Below are positions 22,986 to 34,489 of a DNA stretch of 64,000 bases, piece by piece. The position numbers and the translations under genes are program-made. The DNA lies in assembly GCA_963514005.1 (NCBI GenBank), contig OY740804.1:2232001-2296000 (forward strand). The letters are read 5' to 3'. Under the pieces are notes generated by a model. That model was not told the DNA's origin. It ran no database searches and saw only the letters and a program-made list of their open reading frames with translations. How positions within the stretch are numbered: position 1 is the first letter of the stretch; each line of letters opens with the position of its first letter. The stretch is from Raja brachyura. Its lineage: Eukaryota.

Positions 22986-24359
22986 GGCCGTTTAGGCAGT
23001 GGGTGTTGTTGCTGCTCCTGGTGGTGGCCATCTCCGCCTCATGAGGGTGAGCGTATGTCGATGTAGCAACGTTACGAAATTTTGAGAATAAAAAAAATCA
23101 AGTCTGCAATTTATCCCATCAGATAAAGCATAAAAATAAGTTTAATTTGACACCTAATTCACTTTCATATCTTCAGTATTAAAAACGTTATGGCCATTTT
23201 CATACTCTGAAATTAGCATCTTGTTCCCTATTGCTTTTCCATCAACTTAACACAAAAACTGTGATTAAGGACAGTCAAAAGCCCATAACTTTTTTTTTAA
23301 ATTAAGAGAACTGAGTGAATTTTTCAGTTTTTATAGATTGAAGCATTCTGAAACAAATATGAAACACTCTTACTTGGATGACCTGAAATTAAAACATATA
23401 ATTAGTTAGTTACCTAATTGTAGCTAATTACAGAATTCAATTACTAGATCTAAACATCTATCCATTTCTTAAGAAAAGGTTAACATTTTAAAAAAAGCCT
23501 AAGTGTCCAGATAACATTCATACAAGAATTCACAATATAACATGATTTTTTAATCTCATTGTTATGAATTTATAGGTCAAATGGAAGGAATTTAGTGTTT
23601 AATTCCCGTAAATTAATGGCCATTTAAATCAACTTGCGAGTGGGTTTTTGTGGAACGCGATGGATTGGAACATTGCGGTTTGCGGTGAATTTAACCCCCA
23701 GTCGGCAGGAAAAATACTGCCAGTTCGTATATTTTTAAAGACACCTTTTCGCAACATGAAATTTTGATTAAAGGCTTCCTAAGAAGCACATTTTTATGTA
23801 AAAATAAACCGTGTACTTTCTTTTGCCCCTACGTAAGATCTGTCCCGTTGTCAGCGTTCACGGATTTAGAAGATGATTTTTAATTCACTCTAGCAATTAA
23901 ATTATTCAGCGCAGTTTAAAAATACCTCCATAAAACAAATGTCGGAGCGATTTCTCTTCAGCAACTAAATCCCCTGAGATTAATCGATTTGAATGATCTG
24001 GAGTAAACAGCATTTAAAACCCACCCCCCTCTCAAAGGCACCAAAGTCGCGCACACGGGCAGTGAAAGAACTGCAGCGCCACTGAAGGTAAGCTTTGTAA
24101 CATACATAGTCAGTGTGTGTCAGTGGGTGAGAGTGTGTGTGTGGGCCGAATAGCCTACTCCCGTACCTATTTTTTTCTAACTCCACACATGGACAGCTCC
24201 AGTATTCAGGATTGAACCCGTATCTCTGGAGCTGCGAGGCAGAGGCTCGACCCGCTGCACGGCTACTTTCTCTGGAGCATTTTATGGAATGGTCGCCTGT
24301 TTCCTGGCCTGTTCGTTCCCTTGCCCACCGCCACCACCACAGTCTTCACCCAGAGAAGA

Positions 24360-24645
24360 GGTGGCACGGTGGTGCAGCGGCAGACACACCACTTACATGT
24401 CTTACAGCGCCATAGACCCGGCTTCCATCCTGACCTCGGGTGCTGTCTGCACAGAGTTTACACGTTCTCGCTGTGACTGCGTGGATTTTCTCCGGGTGCT
24501 CCGGTTTCCTCTCACATTCCAAAATCATACAGGTTTGTCGGTAAATTGGCTTCTGTAAATTGTAAACTGTCCCTAGTGTGTTGGATAGTGCTAGTGATCG
24601 CTAGTCGGTGTGGACTCGATGAGCCTGTTTTCGCGCTGTACCTCT
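24360..24645 (+). mobile_element. tRNA-derived V-SINE (representative; others at ~770-1040, 1925-2190, 3100-3320, 13825-14070 and unit-2/3 copies)
   Basis: tRNA-like head with A/B-box-like motifs and V-SINE-type core TCTCCGGGTGCTCCGGTTTCCTC. Confidence 0.65.
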
Positions 24646-24842
24646 ATAGACTAGAGGTGAAAATACTATGACCAATGAATGTTTAGGGCGGCCAGTCACA
24701 TACTACTCTTGTGTTTCTTACCCCACGAGCATTAGGGTCAAGTAGGGTCAGTATGGACTTGTTGGGCTGAAGGGCTGGTTCTGAGCTGTATGACTCGATG
24801 CCCACTATAGAGTGTGAGGTCGGTAAGTCTCACCTTCTGCCA

Positions 24843-27800
24843 CTAAGGCCAGTTGCAGCATTTACAGGATGAGTCGAAGACCAATCCTGCGGCACAGCTC
24901 TTCACGTAGGTCCGACCATCATCGCACTGGTAGAACTTGTTCTTGTTCTTGGGATCGGGGAAGGTACCATTCGCTTTGCCCTGACAGAAGCCACTGCCTC
25001 CACCACCGCTGCCTCCACCACCGCTGCCTCCACCACCGCTAGGAGCATCAGTAGGTGGGACCGCCGGCTTCAATGTTGTCTTGGATGGGACGCAAGCTGC
25101 AGAGAAACACAGTTCGTTATCTTCTCCTAAAGTCTTAGGAGAATTAGGTGATTTGGCCCATGGACTTACCCCACCTTTCAATCATGGTTGATCTATCCCT
25201 CCCTCTCAACCCCATTCTCCTGCCTTCTCCCCATAAACCCTGACACCCGAACTAATCAAGAATCTGTCGATCACCGCCTTAGAACGCAGGTCCACAAAGT
25301 ATGAATATCCCAGTCAATGGGATTATGCCACTGAACCCCCCTCTCACCAACTCCAGAGTGGTCCTGACCTCACATCTACCCCAGATGCTGGTTCATAAAC
25401 AGAGACACAATGTGCTGGAGTAACTCAGTTGCTTGTTCTCTATACCCACCACTCCATGTGTGTAAAACGTAGCTATCGCACCTAGTCTTACCACTATCTG
25501 CCTCCACCACCCCCGGTAGCGTGTTCCAGGCACCCACCACCCTCTGTGTGAAAGACTGGTCCTGCACATCTCAATTACCTCCAGAGATGCCAAGGCCAGA
25601 GTGCAGAGTGTTGATGAGGGGGTAGGGTCCCTGGTGACAGAAGGCACCAGAGAAGTCATCCAGAGCCAGATCCCAGACCATAGCTCCTCCAAAGTTGTTC
25701 TTCTTCAGCCACTCAACCTGGAAGACACAGTTCACATCTTTACACCAGCATCCCTCAGTCAATAATGGCTTCTACGATGCGCTGTAGAAAGCTTTTTATC
25801 GGCATTCAACACAGCACGGTTTGGGAATGGCTCCATCCAAAACCCGCAGGAAATTGCAGGGAGTTGCTGACGCAGCCCAAACCATCACGTAAACCAACCT
25901 CCCTTCCATTGACTCCATCTACACCTCGCGTTGCCTCAGCAAGGCCACCAGCATAATCGAGGAACAGTCTCACCCCAACACCAGAGAAATAAAACAGAAA
26001 TTCCAAGTTTCCCCGATGTGAATCCTAACCCCTTTCTCCTGCCTTCTCCCCATAACCCCTGATACCTGAACACCATGAGTTTATGGTGAGCTGGAAATAT
26101 TTTGTAGAATGTAATGATTCCAAGGATTTTGAAGCATAATTCTGGAGCTCACTGTTGGAAACTCTGCAGTAGATATTGAGATAAACGTGACCACGATGGC
26201 TCACGTGGAAAGGGTGGAACTTCGATGGTCAGATGTACCATGTCTCCGAAGCTCTTGACGTTGTCATAGCCGACCCATATTCCATTCTTGAAGGCGTACG
26301 GGGTGTCCTGTGGGGCATTCCATTCGGCGGTGGCACCATTCAGGAACCCGCAGATCTGTCCAGAGAAGGAGATGTTAGGGACCAATCTTGCCGAAGTGGA
26401 AAAAAATCATGAGAGGAACCGATCAGGTAGATGCAAAGTGTCTCTTGCCCAGAGTCGGGGAATCGAGAACCAGAGGACATAAGGTGAGGGAGAAAGATTT
26501 AATAGGAATGGTGCTGGCTTGGAGGGCCGAATGGCCGACTCCTGCACCTATTGTCTATTAAACCTGAGGGGTAACGATTTGACACCGATGGTAGTGGGTG
26601 TATGGAACAGATGGGTGGAGATAGTGACAAAAGCTGGAGGGGAACAGGAGACAAAATAGTGTCAGATACTGATAGAAGAGGAACAGAGAGATGTGCAAAG
26701 AGAGGAGGAGAGAGATATGTGAAGAGAAGGGAGAAAGACATGAAAGAAGGATAGAAAGAGGAGAGGAGGGAAAGATATATAAAGAGAGGAAAGAGAGATA
26801 TGTCCAGAAAGAGGAGGAGAGAGATGTAAAGCGCGAGGGAGGGATGTGGAGAGAAGGAGATAGCGGGGAGGGCAAATAGGAAGGGGAGGATAGAAGGGAA
26901 ATGGGGATCTCTGAGAGAAGAGGAGGGGAACGGAGAACGTGGGTGTGCGATGTTTCGGATGGAGATCCTTCCTCATGTGTCCATCTATGTTGGTTATTCA
27001 GTATTGGATTGGAAGATAACATTGAGTAAAGGGCCACGCGGTTGGATTGGTCGGTAGGTACAGTACCTCATAGTAGGCCAGGAAGCCGGCTTGGCGGGTG
27101 AATTTGCCGGCTGGTCCAGCGCCTCCTGCTGGGGCACCCACGGCCGTGCTGGACGAGGTCAGTCTGAAGGTGTGTCCGTAGGTGGGGAAGCCCACATTCA
27201 ACTTGTCCACTGGAGCCCCCTTGCTCTTCCAGTAGTTCATGGCATATTCCTGCAGGGACACAGTTGACATCAAAGGACTTTAGGCTCATGTTTAACATTA
27301 GGTTTATTATTGTCACGTGTACCGAGGCACAGTGAAAAGCTTCCAAACAGATCAGATAATACCGTACATAAATACAATCAAGTCAAACTCAGGTACAATA
27401 GATAGAACAAAGGGGAAGGTACAGATTGCAGAATATAATTCTCAGCATCGTAGTGCATCAGTTCCACAGACAAAGTCCAATGTCCGCAATGGGGTAGAGG
27501 TGAATCGGACAGTACCCTAGCTTATGGAACAACTGATCAGAAGCCTGATAGCAGAGGGCAAGGAGCTGTTCCTGAGTCTGGTGGTGCGCGCTTTCAAGCT
27601 TCTGTACCTTCTGCTGGACAGGACCAGGGAGAAGGAGGAATGACCGGGGTGGGACAAGCCTTTGATTCTGTTGGCTGTTTTTCTGAGGCAGCGTGAAGTG
27701 TAGATGGAGTCAATGGTGGGGAGTGGGGTCTGTGTGATGGACTGGGCTCCATCCACAACTCTCTGCAACTTCTTGTGGTCTTGGGCTCAGAGCTGTTCCC

Positions 27801-30800
27801 AAACCTAGTTGTGATGCAACCCCACTGTCGGCTCTCCATGGTGTTTGGAACAGTTATATGGACTCGGCTAAATAGGTTTATAAATTCGGGGAGAGGAAAT
27901 GAAAAAGTTGAGCAGGATTTATTTTTCTTGAGCACTTACCACATTGAAGTGGGTGTTGGTGTAATCATTGTCATTAGGCAGGGCATAGAGGGGGCTGTTC
28001 TCTCCAGTAACGTGGCTCCAGGGACCATAGAAATCGTAGGTCATCACGTTGAAGAAATCAACTACCCTGCAAGAGAGGAGACCGGGTCACCCTGATACTC
28101 CATGCACCAAATTAACATCAGAACACAGAACAGTACAACACGTGAACAGGCCCTTCTACCCACATTGTCCGTGCCAAACATGACGGCAAGATAAACTCAT
28201 CTCCTCTGTCTGCAAGTGATCCGTATCCCTCCATTCCCTGCATATCCACGCGCCTATCCACAAGCCTCTTAAACACCACTATCATATCTGCCTCCATCAC
28301 CACCCCTGGCAGCGCATTCCAGGCATCCACCACCCTCTCTGTGTAAAAAAAACATGCACATCTCCTTTAAACTTGAACATGGTGCCAAGTCCATCACTTA
28401 TCTACATGCACATCCCCAACATCCCTCCATGCCCAGCATTATCATGTGCCCATCTAAAGGTCTTTTAAATGCACTAAGGTATCTACTTCAACCACCACCC
28501 AGCAGGTTCTGGCTGTCTACCCTATCTATGCCTCTAGTGATTTATAAACTTCTATCAAGTCTCTCCTCAACCCCTGATGTTCCAGAGGAAACAATGCAAG
28601 TTTGTCCAACCTCTCCCTGTATCTAATCCACTCTAATCCAGGCAACGTTCTGGTAAATCTCCTCTGCACCGTCTCCAAAGTCTCCACATCCTTCCTGTAA
28701 TGGAGACAACCAGACCTGCACGCAATGCTCTAAATACCTCCTGGCTAAAGACCGACAGAGCTGCAAGTTGGCTTCCTGACTCTCACGCTCAATGCGCTGA
28801 CCGATGAAGGCATTGAATGCATTAGGGTTGTGGATGGATCTCAATCAACGTGCTGGAAGCTCCCACCATTGAAATTCTGGAGCGATGAAAAACTAGTTCA
28901 AATACGACGTCAAACTGGCTAAACGCCCGAGATGAAAGCCCACAGGAAAAGTTGGGTTTCTTTGTGTGTAGAAGGACACTCACTTGCCGAGCTGAGGAAC
29001 CTCGTAGCCAGTATCAATGTTGCTCATTCCACCAGCAACGGCAGCTGAGAGCAGCAGGCGTGGCTGTCCTGTGCTTTTCCCCTCGGCCTCGAAGGCAGCC
29101 ATCAGCTCCTGTGGGTCAGAGAGATCGAGGGCTCCTTTAGCAAGAGGTCAAGTCTAGTCTTAGCAAGGGTCCCGACCCGAAACGTCATCTATACTTTTTC
29201 CCCAGAGATGCTGCCTGACCCGCAGTGTTACTCCAACGCTTTGTGTCAATTTCAAGTTTGATTTAGTTTGGTTTAGAGATGAAGCGTGGAAACAGGCCCT
29301 TCGGCCCATCAAGTCCACGCCGACCAGCGATTACCCTTTCACTCTAGTTATATCCTACATACTTGGGACAATTTACTGAAGCCAATTAACCTACAAACCC
29401 ACACATATTTGGAGTGCGGGAGGAAACCAGATCACCTGAGGTCACTGGGTGAACGTACAAACTCCGTACAGACAGCATCCATGGTCAGGATTGAACCCGC
29501 GTCTCTGGCGCTGTGAGGCAGCAACTCTACCCCTGCACCACCGTATCGCCCAAGAGTGGGGAAGAAACCTTTTAATCCCCACTCAAAATGGTGCTTGGTT
29601 CAAATTTTATTAAATTCTTAATTTCTGAATTCTTAAATTCCTTTGTGTAATCTGTGAAAATCTGTCCTTTGTGATCTTGACAATAAGTTGCATTTATTGG
29701 ATAAATTTGCAAGTCATAGAGTTATGTGGCGTGACAACAGACCCTTTGGCCCAACCTGCCCACACCGACCAATATGTCCCATCTACACTAGTCCCACAAA
29801 GTGCTGGAGTAACTCAGCGGGTCAGGCAGCATCTGTGGAGAACATGTTTAGGTGACGTTTCACAGAGTGCTGGAGTAACTCAATGGGTCAGGCAGCATCT
29901 GTGGAGAACATGGATAGGTGACGTTTCACAGAGTGCTGGAGTAACTCAATGGGTCAGGCAGCATCTGTGGAGAACATGGATAGGTGACGTTTCACACAGT
30001 GCTGGAGTAACTCAATGGGTCAGGCAGCATCTGTGGAGATAAAGGATGGGTTTGGCCTGCGTTTGGCCCAATTATTTTAACGAAACCCATAGTGAGATGT
30101 ACTTGACCGCACCTGAGCCAGGACAGTGTAGAGATGCTTGTCAACAGGGGGACTTCCTCGAGATCCAGGATATTCCCAATCGATGTCCAGACCGTCAAAG
30201 CCGTACCCTCTCAGGAAGGCGATGACTGACTTGATGAAGATTTGCCGAGTTCCTGATGAGGCGACCATCGCGGTGAATCTGCAGGAGGGGTGAATGTGGG
30301 GAGAGGAGTTAGAAATGAAATGTGCCGGAGACACGAGGAACGGCCGCTGTACTCAGTGACCCAGTGACTCTGCTGTTATATCCTGTCATGTACAGATTCA
30401 CGCAAGCCTTTGTTAAATGCTCAAGTGGTTAAAAAATTACTCCTTTCTCCTGTTATCATCTGAAGTTTCATGTGAAATTATTCTTTCCGAAAATGACGTT
30501 TAGTTTAGTTTAGAGATACAGCGCAGAAACAGGCCCTTCGGCCCACCCAGTCCGCACCGACCAGCGATCCCCGCACACTAACATTATCCTGCACACGCAA
30601 GGGACAATTTACGTTTATACCAGGCCAATAAACCTACAAATGGGTACGTCTTTGGAGCGTGGGAGCAAACTGAAGATCTCTGAGAAAACCCAGTCGGTCA
30701 CAGGGAGAACGTACCAACTCCACACAGACAGCACCCGTAGTCAGGATCGAAACCGGGTCTCTGGTGCTGTAAGGCAGCAACCACCAAAATATGGTTAAAA

Positions 30801-33800
30801 ATGATAATGTAAAGTTATAGTAGATTAAATGATCAAAGTTGCCTGGTTGCACATAATTACTAGCATTTTTTCAAATTATCTGGTGTTAAACTATGCCGTC
30901 TGTCAGACAGAATATGCTTCAGTTGTGAAAAACTTCTTTCTACCCCAGCTGAGGTCACTGGTGCATACCTGAAACAAGCTACATACTCTATATTCATGTA
31001 GATGTCTTGTGCATTGCAATTACCTTTGAGAACTTTAGCTACGTTTTGTATTTCTTCAAGATCTTTGTCAGCTAAAATCACTCTCTCACGTTTTCCTTGT
31101 ATATCTTCACCGACATCGCCAGGACCTTTATGAATAGCGTCAGTTACTTTGTGGAAAACCTGCAAGTTATTCACTAATGTTTTGCCACCTTTCTCAAGGG
31201 AAGTGGTAGCTTGTGGGAAGTTTGCAAAATTGGAAGCATTAAATAGATTTTGGAGAAGACTGAACCAGCGGGCAGCGGCACGAATGAACGAACTACCGAC
31301 GTTGGCGCCCCCAGTTTCGCCCTGGTGGTGGAAATGTTCTTGTAATTTATACTATGTTAACACTTTAATAATAACATTAATATTAACGTGTTAATATAGA
31401 AAACGTTATTGTAATCATGGTACAACTAGACAAAATAGCACAACCTTTTAGCAAAAAAAGGCTGATTTAGGCACTCGATCGTGAAAAAGGCTTCTTGGCC
31501 AAATCATCAAAAAAGGCATGAAACGCCACATGGCATTAATGGCAAAATTACCATACACACACACTGTTTACGTCGGGCACATGGAACTACAGGTGCTGGT
31601 TTACGAAAAGAAAAGACACAAAGTGCTGGAGTAACTCAATGGGTCAGGCAGCATCTCTGGAGAACATGGATAGGTGACGATTACGGTCGAGATCCTTCTT
31701 CAGGCTGAGTTACTGAGGAGTTACTCCAGCACTTTGTGTCTTTCAATATTCATTCCTTATCACAGTCAATTGGAAAATAACTCTTATTTTTTTTAATCTA
31801 ATGCTAACGTAAAAAGTTTCCATCTTACTTCTGGGTGCCAAAGTTCCAGCCTCCAATGGACAGCAGAGTCTTGAGGTTTGAATTCCTTAAAAAAATGGAC
31901 AAAATGTGGTTTTAGAATGATGTTTAGAACAACAGAACATTTTCAGAACTTCTCAGGAACTTCTGGATCTTCTGTTTTTTCGCCCCTTTGGTGTTACGTT
32001 TCGTTGAGGGGCTTTGCCTTAGTCTGGATCTCAAGGGGGTCACAGAAAATGAGGTACAAGTTCACGCAACAAGGCTTCATAAGCAAGGGCCAGTCTCACT
32101 CTGTGGGCTGAAGGGCCTATTTCCTCAATCTGTGACTCAATGATTCTGTTGGCCTGTCCAATAGCTTTCTCCTGAATATCCCCCTGGACCAAGTCACCTT
32201 TCAGACAGGGGAGGTGGATGAGATGAGAAAACCTTCAATAAATGGATGTGTAACAGGGTCATGTCAAAGACCCCGCTGACCATCGATCACCTGTTCACAC
32301 CAGTTCAACATTATCCCACTTTCTCATCCACTCCCTACGCACTTGGGGCAATTTGTAGAGGCCAATTAACCTAGAAACCCTTTGTAATGTGGGAGAAAAC
32401 CGGTAATCTGGAGAAAACCTACACCGTCACAGGGAGTACGTGCAAACTCCACAGAAACAGTGCCCGAGGTCAGGATCGAACCCAGGTCTCTGGCGCCGTG
32501 AGGCAGTGACTCTACCTGCTGCCGCCCGGTACGTATAACGGATGGATTCTTGCCACATACTCTTCAAAACGACTTGTTCACTTAGATCGACCATTTTGAA
32601 GAGTTTGAAATCCAATGTTCATTAAACACTGGATGTCCCTTCACTTACAGCAAGGACCAGGGAATTCATGGTTAAATTTAACCCAATCAGACCCAAATCA
32701 GCAGGGTTCCACTCCACCCATTTGTCTCCATCGAGCTGTATCTCTGAGAAGTTAGGCATCACCTTGGTACTTAAAGTCTAAATTATCCCACTGAACCATC
32801 CTCTCACCAACTAGAGAGCGGCCCTGACCTCCCATCTACCTCATTGGAGACCCTCGGACTATATGTAATCAGACTTCACTGGACTTTATCTTGCATTAAA
32901 CATTATCCCCTTCATCCTGTGTCTGTACATTGTAATCATGTACAGTCTTTCTGCCGACTAGTTAGCACGCAACAAAAAGCTTTTTGTTGTACCATGGTAC
33001 ACGTGACAATAATAAACTAAATTAAACTAAATTAACTGTGGAATATGGGTTATGGGATATTGGTTTGGGGAATATCCAATACAATGACTGGTTAACACGC
33101 AACAAAAACCTTTCACTGTCCTCAGTACAGGTGACAATAAACTAAACTGGACAATGTAAACATCGCAACAATGCCCGACATTTGAGAAACAAGGTTAAGC
33201 CCCTGTCCCATTTTCCCGAGTTACTCACGAATTCTCCCGTGTTTTCCCCTTGATTCAAACTCGGAGATGCCAGCCGTAGGTACTCAGGGCTATTTTTTTT
33301 ACTCATGGACATTTTTCAACATGCTGAAAAAACGTCCCGACTTACCTGATTCCCCCGAGTACCTACGGCTGGCATTACGAGCCGCTACGAAGTATCTGCG
33401 GACTCCTACCGACTCGCTACGGACATTCTCCAAGTTTGAATCAAGGGGAAAACGCGGGAGAATTCGTGAGTAACTCGGGCAAGTGGGACAGGTGCTTTAG
33501 TATTTATTCAGCAACTGTACTTGTTCTTCAGGCTGTTGATCTCATGGTAGAGTTTTGGGTCGTTCCATTCATAGATGGCGATCTGATTGCTCTTCATTCC
33601 AGCGAAGGCGTAGATGATGTGTGTGCAGAGGCAAGGGTCCACGTTCTGGGGCATGTATTTACCCTCTCCTGGTCTGTACTGCGACCAGTTGGTGAAGTAA
33701 CACACCAGCCTGTAGGCAGAGCCTGGGCATGGGGGAGACAGGGCGGTCAGGACAATATCTCTGTGGCACTCACACAAAGCAAAGCAAGGCTGCAAATGCA

Positions 33801-33841
33801 CAAAGACTCACCCAGTTGCAGGCAGGCCAGTAAGACCACCG
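24843..33841 (-). CDS. CHIA: GH18 chitinase with C-terminal CBM14 (CHIA-like), copy B, coding exons 2-11; ATG exon not located
   Basis: Exons 33812-33841, 33521-33722, 31829-31885, 30113-30278, 28984-29108, 27940-28066 ([15 protein letters not shown]), 27067-27249 ([13 protein letters not shown]), 26239-26355 ([10 protein letters not shown]), 25579-25717 ([13 protein letters not shown]), 24843-25096 (Pro/Gly-Ser linker and FCQGKANG...CKCCNWP*). All GT-AG, phases compatible, 1400 nt without internal stop. Confidence 0.95.
26675..26935 (+). repeat. Purine-rich low-complexity tract in a chitinase intron (copy at ~57888-58148)
   Basis: Almost pure G/A sequence; source of spurious S/L/P-rich ORFs. 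Confidence 0.85.
30781..31560 (-). mobile_element. hAT-like DNA transposon remnant in a chitinase intron
   Basis: ORF 30860-31174 has [30 protein letters not shown] (hAT C-terminal dimerisation motif). Copy at ~61929-62708; mostly deleted in copy A. Element ends approximate. Confidence 0.78.
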
Positions 33842-34489
33842 CTGGAACAGAAAACAGAGAGCAGCGTGTTAGGATTACGACAAACCGTAATAAGTCAGTG
33901 AATTGGCCTCCACTGCCGCCTGTGGCAGAAAATTCCACAGATTCACATCTCTCTGGGTGAATTTTGTTTCCTCATCCCAGTCCTAAATGGGATACCTCTT
34001 ATTCTTATACTGTGACCCCCTGGCTCTAGGCTCCCCGAAAATTTTTCTTGCATACAGCCTGTCCAATCCCTTAAGAATTCTATAGTTGAATACATCAAGT
34101 GGGACCCATTGGGCCCCGTCCCCTAACACAATAATCCACCACTCACCCATTCCCCCAACACAACCCGTTTCCACCACCCACCCGTTCCCACAACGCAATA
34201 ATCCACCACTCACCCATTCCCCCACAGGAGGCCTAGTCCCCCAACGCAACAAGTTCCCCGATGTAAGATTCCGCCACTCACTTGTTCCCCCAACGCAACC
34301 CATTCCCCCAATGCAATATTCCACCACTCACCCATAGCGCCCAACTGTGCAGGTCATTTTAAACTTTTTTAAAAATGCAATTGCACTACAATTTAACATG
34401 ATGCAGGTGCCACCGACAAGGCCATCTTTTGTTATCCAAATCTAATCATTAATCTTTGCTGTGCTGGGTTCGGCTGGCGTATTCTTCCC

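Larger units (their letters stand above)
1..28513. repeat. Tandem segmental duplication, unit 1 (phase set arbitrarily at window start)
   Basis: Position 1 recurs at 28514 and 59728; the ORF track repeats in the same order (110..331 = 28623..28844 = 59837..60058). Confidence 0.97.

Noticed and set aside
22984-23050. Hydrophobic RQWVLLLLLVVAISAS followed by a GTGAG donor
   Set aside because: No in-frame ATG, an in-frame stop precedes the donor, and it is on the wrong strand for chitinase exon 1.
26558-27037. S/L/P-rich and E/R/G-rich ORFs (also 10256-10611, 4903-5257, 53593-54090)
   Set aside because: Translations of low-complexity or minisatellite DNA.
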